A DNA stretch of 64,000 nucleotides from an uncultured Planctomycetales bacterium. GTDB taxonomy: Bacteria > Omnitrophota > Gorgyraeia > Zapsychrales > JANLHA01. The notes under the pieces are model-generated. The model was not told the origin of the DNA. It did not search any database and saw only the letters and a list, made by a program, of their open reading frames with translations. The stretch spans positions 13,096 through 77,095 of the forward strand of contig CAYJXI010000007.1 in assembly GCA_964374105.1 (NCBI GenBank). Reading direction: 5' to 3'. This document shows positions 27,358 through 37,383 of this stretch, one piece after another. How positions within the stretch are numbered: the stretch's first letter is position 1; the number at the start of each line of letters is the position of its first letter. Both the position numbers and the translations under genes were made by a program.

Positions 27358-30300
27358 TCTTAAAAAATCCAATCCATCTCCCATTGAAGAAACAGGGGGG
27401 GAGCGGGAAAATAATGATGGCATTATTGAAAAGGTGATTGACTTCTCGGCCCGCAACAAGTTTATCATTTTCATTCTCATCATTGCCGCTATGATGGCCG
27501 GGTATGTCTCTTTAATAAATATCCCTTTGGATGCGATTCCTGATCTTTCTGACACTCAGGTCATTATTTACTCTCGGTGGGATCGTAGTCCCGATATCAT
27601 TGAGGACCAAGTGACTTACCCGATTGTGACAGCGATGCTGGGGGCGCCTCAAGTCAAGGCGATCCGCGGATTTTCGGATTTCGGATTTTCTTATGTTTAT
27701 GTCATCTTTAAGGATGGAACTGATGTTTACTGGGCGCGCAGTCGCACCTTGGAATACTTAAGTAAGATCATCCCGCGTTTGCCCGAAGGGGTTAGAACCG
27801 AATTGGGACCGGATGCCTCCGGGGTGGGGTGGGTCTATCAGTATGCCTTGGTGGATAAATCTGGGCAGCATAGCCTGCAAGAGTTAAGAAGCTTTCAAGA
27901 TTGGTACCTGCGTTATCATCTGCAGAGTGTTCCGGGAGTCGCGGAGGTTGCTTCTCTAGGAGGGTTTGTCAAACAGTATCAAATCACAATTGATCCTAAT
28001 AAACTCCTTGCGTACAACATATCTCTCCCTAGGGTTATTGAGGCCGTCCGCAAAGGGAATCAGGAGGTGGGAGGCAGACTCCTGGAATTTTCCGGGGCCG
28101 AGTATATGGTTCGGGGGCGTGGTTATGCAAAGTCCATCAAGGATTTGGAAGACATTGTGGTAGAGACCAAGGAGAAGGGAACGCCTATTTTGGTTAAAAA
28201 TTTGGGCAATGTGGCCTTGGGGCCGGAAATCCGTCGGGGATTGGCGGATCTGGATGGAGAAGGAGATGTGGTGACCGGAACTGTGGTGATGCGTTATGGA
28301 GAAAATGCCCTCAATGTCATCAACAGGGTCAAAACGAAACTCAAAGAGATTGAACCCTCTCTTCCTAAGGGCGTGGAAGTGGTCAGCCTTTATGATCGTT
28401 CGGAACTCATCAAACGTTCCATTGATACATTAAAGGAAAAACTCCTTGAGGAAATGATTACCGTGAGTTTGGTCATTCTTCTTTTCCTCTGGCATTTAAG
28501 GAGTGCCCTGATTCCGATTTTTACCTTACCGATTGCGGTTCTGATTTCTTTTATACCAATGTATTCGATGAAATTGACCTCCAATATCATGTCTTTGGGG
28601 GGTATCGCTATTGCCATTGGAGCGATGGTGGATGCCTCGATTGTCCTCATTGAAAATGCCCACAAACGCATTGAACGTTGGAAAGAGGAAGGCCGAAGAG
28701 AACCTTATAATGAAGTTTTGATTTCAGCGGCCAAGGAAGTAGGCCGTCCGATCTTTTTTTCTCTGCTAGTGATTGCGGTGTCATTTATTCCGATCTTCAG
28801 TCTGGAGGCCCAGGAGGGGCGGCTTTTTAAACCCCTCGCCTTCACCAAGAATTATGCGATGGCCTTTGCCGCTCTTTTGTCGGTCACGTTAGCACCCGCC
28901 TTGATGCTTTTATTAATTCGGGAGACAAAGTTTACCTTTAAACCCCGCTGGCTCAGTTCCCTTCTAACCTTCTTTGCCGGTGGAGAAATTCATGCCGAGG
29001 AAAAACATCCCGTCAGCCGTATCTTATTTCATCTTTATGAACCGATTGTCAAATGGGTGGTGGATTACCGTCAAGGTGTGATTGGCTTGGCTGTCATCTT
29101 GGTTCTTCTGACCGTGCCGGTTTACTTCTGGATTGGCCAAGAATTCATGCCGCAGCTGAATGAAGGATCTCTCCTCTATATGCCCACCACTTTACCCGGG
29201 ATTTCTGTTACTGAGGCCCAGCGTTTACTGCAGACTCAGGATAAAATCCTTAAAGGATTTGAAGAAGTCGAAAGAGTCTTCGGAAAGGCGGGACGAATAG
29301 AAAGCTCAACAGATCCTGCCCCCTTTTCAATGATGGAAACCGTGGTGACCTTAAAACCGCAGAACCAATGGTCACGCAAAATCTCTTATGAAGAACTGAT
29401 CTCCCAAATGGATGAGGTTTTAAGGATCCCCGGTTCCACCAATGCCTGGACCATGCCGATCAAGAATCGGATTGATATGCTCACAACGGGAGTAAGGACT
29501 CCTATTGGAATTAAGATATTCGGAGATGATCTTAAAAAAATAGAAGGGATCGGGATTGAGCTTGAGGTGATTTTAAAAGGAATTCCTGGGACACGGAGTA
29601 TTTATGCCGAACGGGTTGCCGGCGGATATTTTCTTGATTTCGATTTGAAACGCGGGGAATTAGCCCGTTACGGGCTAACCGTGGAAGACGCCCAGATGAT
29701 TATTATGACTGCTATCGGAGGAGAAAATATCACCACAACAATCGAAGGCCGGGAACGGTATCCGGTGAATATCCGTTATCCTCGGGAATTACGTGATGAT
29801 GTCGAGAAACTCAAACGGGTTTTGGTCCCCACTCCTTTGGGACAACATATTCCCTTGGTTCAAATCGCTGACATCGTTTTACGTTCAGGGCCGGCGATGG
29901 TCCGCAATGAGAATGGGTTACTGGCTGGTTACGTTTATGTGGATATGACCGGACGCGACCTGGGGGGTTACGTCAAGGAAGCCAAACGGATTGTCCGCGG
30001 AAAATTAAAGCTTCCCACCGGTTATGCCATTGTCTGGAGTGGTCAGTATGAAAATATGGCAAGGGTCATGCAACGGTTGGTAGTGGTCCTTCCCATGACC
30101 TTATTTATCATTTTCTTTTTGCTATACGTCAATACTAAATCCTTAGTCAAAACTTTTATTGTTTTGTTGGCTGTTCCTTTTTCTCTGATTGGGGCTTTAT
30201 GGCTCTTGTGGTTGTTGGGTTACAATATGTCGGTTGCGGTTTGGGTGGGGTTGATTGCCTTAGCCGGAGTGGATGCCGAGACAGGGGTCATTATGCTTTT

Positions 30301-30613
30301 GTATCTTGATTTGGCCTATGAGGAAGCAAGACGCAAAGGCACGATGAAAACTTTTGAACAATTGAAAGAAGCGATCATTCACGGGGCCGTGAAACGAATC
30401 CGTCCCAAAATGATGACGGTGGGGACAACGTTTATGGGACTCTTGCCTATTATGTGGGCCGCCAGTTGGGAAACCGGCGCCGATGTGACGAAACGCATCG
30501 CCGCTCCCATGGTGGGGGGCATCTTCACGTCCTTTATTATGGAATTATTGGTTTATCCGGCGATTTATGCGGTCTGGAAATGGAATTTTGAAATGAAGAA
30601 AGGTAACCGCTAA
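27347..30613 (+). CDS. cusA: Heavy-metal efflux RND transporter, CusA/CzcA family
   Basis: 1088 aa with 12 TM segments and two large periplasmic loops. Conserved HME-RND blocks are present (e.g. GIAIAIGAMVDASIVLIEN, AVWVGLIALAGVDAETGVIM). It overlaps the adaptor gene by 11 nt. Confidence 0.9.
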   Translation: MDNSLKKSNPSPIEETGGERENNDGIIEKVIDFSARNKFIIFILIIAAMMAGYVSLINIPLDAIPDLSDTQVIIYSRWDRSPDIIEDQVTYPIVTAMLGAPQVKAIRGFSDFGFSYVYVIFKDGTDVYWARSRTLEYLSKIIPRLPEGVRTELGPDASGVGWVYQYALVDKSGQHSLQELRSFQDWYLRYHLQSVPGVAEVASLGGFVKQYQITIDPNKLLAYNISLPRVIEAVRKGNQEVGGRLLEFSGAEYMVRGRGYAKSIKDLEDIVVETKEKGTPILVKNLGNVALGPEIRRGLADLDGEGDVVTGTVVMRYGENALNVINRVKTKLKEIEPSLPKGVEVVSLYDRSELIKRSIDTLKEKLLEEMITVSLVILLFLWHLRSALIPIFTLPIAVLISFIPMYSMKLTSNIMSLGGIAIAIGAMVDASIVLIENAHKRIERWKEEGRREPYNEVLISAAKEVGRPIFFSLLVIAVSFIPIFSLEAQEGRLFKPLAFTKNYAMAFAALLSVTLAPALMLLLIRETKFTFKPRWLSSLLTFFAGGEIHAEEKHPVSRILFHLYEPIVKWVVDYRQGVIGLAVILVLLTVPVYFWIGQEFMPQLNEGSLLYMPTTLPGISVTEAQRLLQTQDKILKGFEEVERVFGKAGRIESSTDPAPFSMMETVVTLKPQNQWSRKISYEELISQMDEVLRIPGSTNAWTMPIKNRIDMLTTGVRTPIGIKIFGDDLKKIEGIGIELEVILKGIPGTRSIYAERVAGGYFLDFDLKRGELARYGLTVEDAQMIIMTAIGGENITTTIEGRERYPVNIRYPRELRDDVEKLKRVLVPTPLGQHIPLVQIADIVLRSGPAMVRNENGLLAGYVYVDMTGRDLGGYVKEAKRIVRGKLKLPTGYAIVWSGQYENMARVMQRLVVVLPMTLFIIFFLLYVNTKSLVKTFIVLLAVPFSLIGALWLLWLLGYNMSVAVWVGLIALAGVDAETGVIMLLYLDLAYEEARRKGTMKTFEQLKEAIIHGAVKRIRPKMMTVGTTFMGLLPIMWAASWETGADVTKRIAAPMVGGIFTSFIMELLVYPAIYAVWKWNFEMKKGNR

Positions 30614-30623
30614 CCAAAAGTAG

Positions 30624-30643
30624 GGGCACGGCATGCCGTGCCC
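30624..30643. repeat. Perfect 20-bp palindrome gggcacggcatgccgtgccc (family member)
   Basis: The same arms recur at 31076..31126 (interrupted by a 26-nt insert) and at 37974..37999. Confidence 0.5.
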
Positions 30644-30674
30644 TGCCAGGCTTATTTTAAAGGAGGGGAAAACG

Positions 30675-31061
30675 ATGATTTACTTAATGACCATTCTAGG
30701 ATTCATGAGTCTAATTTTGGGAACATGGCAGGGAGCGATCAACAAAGAACAAACAAACAAGAAGAACACAGAATCGCAAGTACAAGTGATCGCCAAGGAA
30801 AAAGATTCCCAAGCCAATACCCAAGGGAAACAAGAAGTTGGTAATAAGATTTGTCCGGTCAGTGGGGAAGAGGTCGGTACAATGGGTGAGGTTGTCAAAT
30901 ACGAACATAAGGGCAAGGTTTATAATTTCTGCTGCAAGATGTGTGTCAAGGATTTTAAGAAGGATCCACAGAAATTTATTAAGAAGGTGGAGGAGGAAAT
31001 GAAAAAAGGAGAGTCTGCCTCTCCCGAGAACAAAGATGCCCATCATGAGCATAAACATTAG
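30675..31061 (+). CDS. YHS/TRASH-domain small metal-binding protein
   Basis: KICPVSGEEV...YEHKGKVYNFCCKMCVKDFKKDPQKF (YHS-like) with a His-rich C-terminus HHEHKH. The start at 30675 follows aggagggg. Confidence 0.55.
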   Translation: MIYLMTILGFMSLILGTWQGAINKEQTNKKNTESQVQVIAKEKDSQANTQGKQEVGNKICPVSGEEVGTMGEVVKYEHKGKVYNFCCKMCVKDFKKDPQKFIKKVEEEMKKGESASPENKDAHHEHKH

Positions 31062-31073
31062 AAAAAAGACGGT

Positions 31074-31128
31074 AGGGGGCACGGCATGCTCGCCTCGCTT
31101 CGCATCGGCGCAGCGGGCCGTGCCCCTC
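31074..31128. repeat. Split copy of the GGGGCACGGC palindrome with nested GCTTCGC-containing insert
   Basis: gggggcacggcatgc + tcgcctcgcttcgcatcggcgcagcg + ggccgtgcccc. Confidence 0.45.
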
Positions 31129-31155
31129 CTAATATTTAAAATAAAGGACCACTAA

Positions 31156-31578
31156 ATGAATTTCCATTTCCCCATCCATCCTGTCTTCGTTCACTTTCCC
31201 ATTGCCCTATTTTTTGCCAGTCTGATTTTTGAGATGATGGGAATCATTTTTAAAAGAGAAGACTTGCATCAATGTGGATTTTGGGTTTTTCATTTGGCGG
31301 TCATCAGTACACCCTTAGCGGTTGTGAGTGGCCTCTGGGAGGCGAACAAACATCATCTTCACCATCCTGTTATAGATCTCCACAGAAATTTGGGTTTGTT
31401 GACGATGGGGGAAGCGATCTTCTTGACCCTCATCTTGTGGTATGTTAAAAAGCGCTTACCCTCTTTATTTAGAGGGGTGTATCTCATATCATTACTTCTG
31501 ATTGTTATGGCTGTGTTTTTAACCGCTTATCAGGGGGGACGTTTGGTTTATGAATATGCCATTGGAGTTGAACTATGA
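31156..31578 (+). CDS. DUF2231-family membrane protein
   Basis: HPVFVHFPIALF N-terminal motif and four TM helices. Confidence 0.5.
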   Translation: MNFHFPIHPVFVHFPIALFFASLIFEMMGIIFKREDLHQCGFWVFHLAVISTPLAVVSGLWEANKHHLHHPVIDLHRNLGLLTMGEAIFLTLILWYVKKRLPSLFRGVYLISLLLIVMAVFLTAYQGGRLVYEYAIGVEL

Positions 31579-32747
31579 AAAAAGATCCAATCTGCGGGAT
31601 GAATGTCGATGAGAAAAAGGCTTACCGCTTGATGACCCAAAATGCCGAAGCTATCTATTTTTGCAGCCAGCATTGCTTAGAAAAATTCGCAAAGCAAGAG
31701 AACATCAATTTGAAGGAAATCGCCATTTCCTGTTATCCAAAAGAAGCGGGTTGGTATTTGAACAAGACAGTTTGGGTGGCTGGGGTGTTGTTGGCATTGG
31801 GCGGGTTGTCTTATTATTTTCCTATTTTAATTCCTTTTAGAAACACGCTCCTTATGTATGTCCATACCATTTGGTGGGCTATTCTTTTGGGATTGATTTT
31901 GGGAGGCATCATCGATCATTTTGTCCCTCGGGAATATATCTCCCATGTCTTAGCCCGTCCTTCCAAACGAACGATTTTGCACGCCGTCACTCTGGGATTT
32001 TTTATGAGCGCCTGCAATCATGGGATCCTGGCTTTGTCCATGGAGCTTTATAAAAAAGGGGCCTCGACCTCCTCAGTCATTGCATTTCTTCTGGCAAGTC
32101 CGTGGGCCAATTTTTCCCTGTCCTTAATGCTTTTTGGATTATTCGGACTGCTTAAAACAATTTATATCATTTTGGGGGCGGTTGTCATCGCCATTGTCAC
32201 CGGATTGATTTATCAAATCCTGGAAAGAGAAAAATGGGTTGAGAAAAATGAAGGCAGTCTTGCTTTCAATGAGAATTATTCTATCCTTTCCGATTTTAAA
32301 ATTCGCTACCAAAATTATCATCTGACCCGACAACAAATCCTTGATGATTTAAAGGGAGTTTATAAAGGGATGATCTCCTTAGGGAATATGGTCCTCTGGT
32401 GGACCTTTCTGGGAATTGGCTTGGCCAGTTTTTTTGGAGCGTATGTTCCTGAGAAGTTTTTTCATCAATATATGGGTCCCACCGTTAGGGGAATGATGGT
32501 GACGCTGTTTGTGGCTACCGTTCTTGAGGTTTGTTCGGATGGCATGTCTCCCTTGGCTTTTGAATTGTATCGCCAAACCAAAGCCTTGGGAAATAGTTTT
32601 GTTTTCCTCATGTCCGGTGTTGTGACCGATTACACAGAGATTGGACTGATTTGGCAGAATATTGGTAAGAAGGCGGCCATTTGGTTACCGATCATTACTG
32701 TCCCTCAGGTGATTGTCTTAGGTGTTATTGCCAATTTAATTTTTTAA
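31575..32747 (+). CDS. YHS-domain fused to a DUF318/COG0701-type permease
   Basis: N-terminal DPICGMNVDEKKAYRL...YFCSQHC (YHS metal-binding motif) followed by about 340 aa of polytopic membrane protein resembling predicted permeases (two internal repeats). Confidence 0.55.
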   Translation: MKKDPICGMNVDEKKAYRLMTQNAEAIYFCSQHCLEKFAKQENINLKEIAISCYPKEAGWYLNKTVWVAGVLLALGGLSYYFPILIPFRNTLLMYVHTIWWAILLGLILGGIIDHFVPREYISHVLARPSKRTILHAVTLGFFMSACNHGILALSMELYKKGASTSSVIAFLLASPWANFSLSLMLFGLFGLLKTIYIILGAVVIAIVTGLIYQILEREKWVEKNEGSLAFNENYSILSDFKIRYQNYHLTRQQILDDLKGVYKGMISLGNMVLWWTFLGIGLASFFGAYVPEKFFHQYMGPTVRGMMVTLFVATVLEVCSDGMSPLAFELYRQTKALGNSFVFLMSGVVTDYTEIGLIWQNIGKKAAIWLPIITVPQVIVLGVIANLIF

Positions 32748-32757
32748 AATGAAATGA

Positions 32758-32797
32758 AGTAGGTGACAGTCACTGTAAAATGACAGTCACCATTGTT
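32758..32797. terminator. Bidirectional terminator-like hairpin between convergent genes (two copies of palindrome gtgacagtcac)
   Basis: ggtgacagtcactgtaaaatgacagtcacc lies between the convergent 31575..32747(+) and 32803..34644(-) genes. Confidence 0.4.
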
Positions 32798-32802
32798 CAG
32801 TT

Positions 32803-34644
32803 TTATCGGGAACAACCGCATTTTGGTTTGAGCTGTTCTCCTTGGGTTTGCAAGGCTTTATTCAAGACTCCTAAATGATTTACGCCTGGCGAATTTTCAC
32901 TTTGAGGATTCCATCCCTCCAACCTCGAATCTTTTTGAGGGTCTTTCCCGCCACCCGGCGTTGTGTCACTTTGAGGATCAGTGACAATAGCTGTAAAGTT
33001 GCAAAGACATTCGGGTGGTTGCCCGCCACAATCACTTTTACCGATTGAACAACCGAGAGTATTTTTACTTCCAAAAAATTTGCAGAAACCTGTTCCCGCT
33101 CCCGCACCAGGACTCCCTAAATTGAGAGGCGAAGCAATGGTCATAATATCGATAGAGACTGGTATCTGATCTGGCATCCGACGTCCACACCAAACGCGGC
33201 CAAGGGCATCATAATGACAGGGAAGGCTTTCGGCCGTATTGATTGCGACAATACCTCCCGCTGAATAACCAATCAAATGAAAGAATATTTTCCTAAGCCC
33301 CGTAAGTTTAAAGTCAGGGTTAGATATTATATTGGCAAAGTAATTATTAAAATAAGCAATAACGTGGTCGGCATTTTGCCGGGCCGTTTTAGTATGGTCA
33401 TAATTGACGGCGAATAACATCTTTCGACAACATTCATTCGCAGTAACAGTTTTAGCCTTACTAGCCAAAACGCCCAAAAAAACAATTTTTTCAGCGGCGA
33501 ACACTTTACCATCTTTTCCTTTATCACCTAAACCACGAAAATAAATTGTTATCGAAAGATCCCATCCTGTATAGCAAGGATTGCAGGTGGGAATGAAATA
33601 ATTATCAGCCATTTTTTTAACTCCCACTGGCATCTTTTGATAATCTTGGTTATCAACAGCGGCATTATTCGCCGCAAGTAAATTTGCGGCGGTCGTAGTA
33701 GATAGGGTAGACTTCATGATTGCTTCGTACAATGCCCTGATCATATGTTCAGGGACACCATTGTCACGCAATTTACTGGTCAATCGATATCCCTTCAATT
33801 TTAGATCCTTTAAAATAAGGATCAATTCTTCAAGATCGCGGATATTAAACGGATCCAATCCTTTGATTCTCATGAAGGCTTGATACAGATCTGGATTGTG
33901 CCCTAACAATGTTAGGATCTCCTCATCTGACATGGCTTTGATTAAAATCATCGTTTTATAAAATGGATTAATGTCCAAATCGGTGAGAAAGGTATCTAAG
34001 AGGCCCGGCTCATCTCCTAAGGAAAAGGATTGTTCTCCTGGAAAGAGTTGGTTGGGATCTTCCGGGAATTGTTCAACTTGACCACCGTATAAAGCCACCC
34101 AGTCTTCGTGATCAAGCTTCACAGTTTCAACCCAATCAACTAAATTTTGCGGAGCATCACAGAGCTTATAGGGATCGTTGATTGTGAAGTCCCACCCAGC
34201 CTCAGGATGGGGATAAGGAATCGCTCGGCCTTGAAAGAATAAGAAGTTATTTAGAAATATTTGATCTGAGACATCGAGAAAACCATCATCATTGACATCT
34301 AAGGCATCGAGACAAATGGGTCCCGGACCTTCTTAGAATAAATAATTGAGAATAGTAACTCCATCAGAGATATCTAAAATTCGATCATTATTACAATGTC
34401 CGCGTACAAAAGTAGGAGGGGGAATATCAGGGACAATATTAGGGATAATATCCTCACTGAGGGATATGGGATTAAATTGAAAGAAGGAAAAAATGGTAAT
34501 AAGGATTACCCTTACTGTTGGCGACTTTTTTATATTTTTAAATGTTATGCTCATTGATTGGTCCTCCAATAAAATGATGATAATTTTATTTGTTGATAAA
34601 AGTTTAACACTTTTATTGTAGGGGAAACAAGGAGGGCGAGGCAT
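32803..34644 (-). pseudogene. Secreted dockerin-like + alpha/beta-hydrolase (lipase GxSxG) protein interrupted by an in-frame TAA
   Basis: The upper ORF (34333..34644) ends ...CNNDRILDISDGVTILNYLF then TAA (34333..34335). The same frame continues EGPGPICLDALDVNDDGFLDVSDQIFLNNFLF... into the 439-aa ORF with IGYSAGG (nucleophile elbow) and a Cys-rich C-terminus. Confidence 0.5.
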
Positions 34645-34834
34645 TTAAAGGAAACGTTTTCTTTAGAATGCACTTAGCGAATCTTAAAACAGAGGTAAAG
34701 GAAGAATGAGAGATTTAAGAATTTGACTATGGTCTTTTCATTGCGTATGCTAAACTTTTTAAAAGAAATCTGAGAATTGAAGGTGAACTGTGAATTTTTT
34801 AAAGAGAGTCTATTTTAAAAAAGGAGAAAGTTAA

Positions 34835-35182
34835 ATGAAAAAGAGATCTCTCTTTGGTATCATTTTAGCTTTGGCACATCTTTACTTAGTCATTTATACG
34901 ATCAATTCAATCTTGTATAATAGAGAACCAGACTGGCCGATGTACTGGATGTTATTCATGGGAATAGATTTCCCATTTTCTTTATTCCTGCTTCCTTTGA
35001 GTTTTTTATTAGATTTCTTAAATTTGGGTGTGCTGGTTGAGGCTTTCCCATCTCCCCTCAATGACGTTACTGATTTTTGGTTACCTGCATTCTTCTTTGG
35101 AATATTGGGAACGATCTGGTTCTTTTTTATACCAACGATAGTGATGAAGATTGTGTCTTGGCGAACAAGTCGTGTGAAGTGA
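34835..35182 (+). CDS. Small polytopic membrane protein, hypothetical
   Basis: 115 aa with 3-4 predicted TM helices. RBS aaaggagaaag. Confidence 0.35.
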   Translation: MKKRSLFGIILALAHLYLVIYTINSILYNREPDWPMYWMLFMGIDFPFSLFLLPLSFLLDFLNLGVLVEAFPSPLNDVTDFWLPAFFFGILGTIWFFFIPTIVMKIVSWRTSRVK

Positions 35183-35211
35183 TCAGTGTTTCTAAATAAT
35201 CTGTTTGAAAT

Positions 35212-37383
35212 ATGAATGATGTGATCGAAATCTTTACCTCCGCCTCTCATCAAGATGTCCTGGCCCTTGTGACCCAGATTGCCGTCCTCCTTTTTACAGC
35301 TAGACTTTTTGGAGAGTGTGCACAGCGTTTAGGACAACCGGTTGTCTTAGGTGAAATCCTTGCCGGCATTTTCTGGGGACCGTCTTTTTTGGGAAAATTT
35401 TTCCCTTTCCTAGTTGGGATTATCATCCCTGGCAATCCGACCCAGGGGCATCTGATTGAAGCCATCAGTTTGCTAGGAGCCATATTTCTTCTGCTTTTGA
35501 CCGGGTTAGAGACGGATATCAATTTGATTCGTCGGCATGCCAAGACAGCGTTAGGTGTTTCTCTGGGAGGAATTTTTGTTACCTTTATCTCGGGTTTTGT
35601 TTTGGGGCAATATCTTCCGGATTTTCTTCTGGTGAATCAAGAAGGAAGATTGGTTTTTTCTCTATTTATGGCAACAGCCTTTTCTATTTCCTCGATTCCG
35701 GTCATCGCAAAGGTCTTAATGGATCTTAAATTGATGCGCCGCGACATTGGTCAGACAATTATTGCCGCAGGAATGAGCGATGACACCATAGGATGGATTA
35801 TTCTCTCGGTAGTGGCCGGATTAGCCTCAGGTAAGGTCGTGACTTTGGGAGGGGCATTTTCTAATGCCTTGACTGTCGTTTTCTTTTTGATTGTGAGTTG
35901 CACTTTAGGCAAATGGATTGTTAAGAAATCTTTAGATTTTGTCCAAGATCATACAACAGGCAAAGATCGTCTTTTGACATTAGTCGTAGTATTGAGTTTC
36001 TTCTGGGGGGCGTTTTGCAAGGCCCTTCATCTTGAACCAGTCTTTGGCGCCCTTGTGATGGGGATCTTATTTAATCAAATGCCTAGACTTCCCAATTATG
36101 TTCATCAGAAATTAGAAAGTATTGCTTTGGGAATCTTTGCCCCTATCTTTTTTTCGGTGACGGGTTTAAAGGTCAATATCCTAACTCTATTAAATCTCCC
36201 GTTGTTATGGTTGACACTGGTAACGATATCAGTGGCTGTTTCAAGCAAAATGATCGGAACCTTCTTGGGGGCTCGATGGTTAGGAGGCAAGGATTTCTGG
36301 TCATCCTTAAGTTATGGCTCTGGCTTAACCGCGCGGGGAGCTATGGGCATTATCATTGCCACCATCGGATTATCCTTAGGTGTGCTAACCCAAGAGATGT
36401 TTTCCATCCTTATTCTGATGGCTGTTGTAACATCTCTGGTGGCTCCATTTTTATTAAGGTGGACGATTAAGCATGTCAAACCAAACGAAGAAGAATCGAG
36501 GCGTCTTAAGGAAGAACAGCTTGCGCAAGGAAGTTCAATAGGCCGAATCCATCGCGTTCTTGTTCCAGTCAGACGATGGGAATCCAAGATTCATTTGAGT
36601 GTGATGCAGACAATCAAATCCCGCCTCTTGCAAAGGATTGCTAAGAAGGCAAAACTCTCCATTACCCTTCTTAATGTGGATAAATTAGGGCACAAAACCA
36701 AAAACATTGAGTTTCTCAATGAATTGGGTTCTCTTTTCACTCACCAAGAAGTGATCAAAAGAATCGTTGAAAGTACCGATGTGATTAATGTAGTTCTGGA
36801 TGAATCGCAGAAGAATTACGATCTTTTAGTCCTGGGGGCATCCGAAACCCAAAACGATTCTGAATATATTTTTTCTAAGGTCATTGATTCCATTCTCAGT
36901 TTATCCACCTGCATGACGATTGTAGTTCATGCCAAGGAGGTTAAAGAAGGCTGGGAGCCTAAACGGATTCTTGTCCCAACTAACGGTTCCTTTGCCGCCA
37001 AACGGGCAGCGGAGTTTTCCTTTCTGTTGATAGCTTCAGAACAGGAAAGGGTTTATGTCCTCAATGTGATTGAACGAGATCAAAATCAATGGCAACAAGA
37101 TCTCTCCTCGGATCTGTTTAAGAGACAGTTTAAGGTATCAGAAAGCATAGTAGAGGAGTTAAAGGTCTTAGGGACAGCCCATGGGGTGAAGACATTGGCC
37201 GATGTTAAAATCGGTCCTGCTCCAGAAAAAGTTATTTTGGATTATGCCAAAGAGGAAAATATTGATCTCATCATTTTAGGTACAGATGTCCGTCCTGCTT
37301 CAGAACGTCTGTTTCTTGGGCCACGGGTGGAAAGGATCATCAAGAATTCCCCTTGCCCCGTGATCATCTTGAATTCAGGTTAA
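35212..37383 (+). CDS. CPA2-family (Kef-type) cation:proton antiporter fused to C-terminal universal stress protein (UspA) domains
   Basis: N-terminal about 400 aa Na+/H+ exchanger-type membrane domain (GEILAGIFWGPSFLG...). The C-terminal soluble region carries two Usp-like alpha/beta domains (...LILGTDVR...SPCPVIIL). Confidence 0.75.
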   Translation: MNDVIEIFTSASHQDVLALVTQIAVLLFTARLFGECAQRLGQPVVLGEILAGIFWGPSFLGKFFPFLVGIIIPGNPTQGHLIEAISLLGAIFLLLLTGLETDINLIRRHAKTALGVSLGGIFVTFISGFVLGQYLPDFLLVNQEGRLVFSLFMATAFSISSIPVIAKVLMDLKLMRRDIGQTIIAAGMSDDTIGWIILSVVAGLASGKVVTLGGAFSNALTVVFFLIVSCTLGKWIVKKSLDFVQDHTTGKDRLLTLVVVLSFFWGAFCKALHLEPVFGALVMGILFNQMPRLPNYVHQKLESIALGIFAPIFFSVTGLKVNILTLLNLPLLWLTLVTISVAVSSKMIGTFLGARWLGGKDFWSSLSYGSGLTARGAMGIIIATIGLSLGVLTQEMFSILILMAVVTSLVAPFLLRWTIKHVKPNEEESRRLKEEQLAQGSSIGRIHRVLVPVRRWESKIHLSVMQTIKSRLLQRIAKKAKLSITLLNVDKLGHKTKNIEFLNELGSLFTHQEVIKRIVESTDVINVVLDESQKNYDLLVLGASETQNDSEYIFSKVIDSILSLSTCMTIVVHAKEVKEGWEPKRILVPTNGSFAAKRAAEFSFLLIASEQERVYVLNVIERDQNQWQQDLSSDLFKRQFKVSESIVEELKVLGTAHGVKTLADVKIGPAPEKVILDYAKEENIDLIILGTDVRPASERLFLGPRVERIIKNSPCPVIILNSG

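Noticed and set aside
34333-34335. Alternative genetic code (TAA recoded) as the explanation for the in-frame stop in the dockerin-lipase gene
   Set aside because: All other genes in the window terminate cleanly, many with TAA, and no other in-frame TAA interrupts a recognisable domain. A single-site mutation or sequencing error is far more parsimonious.
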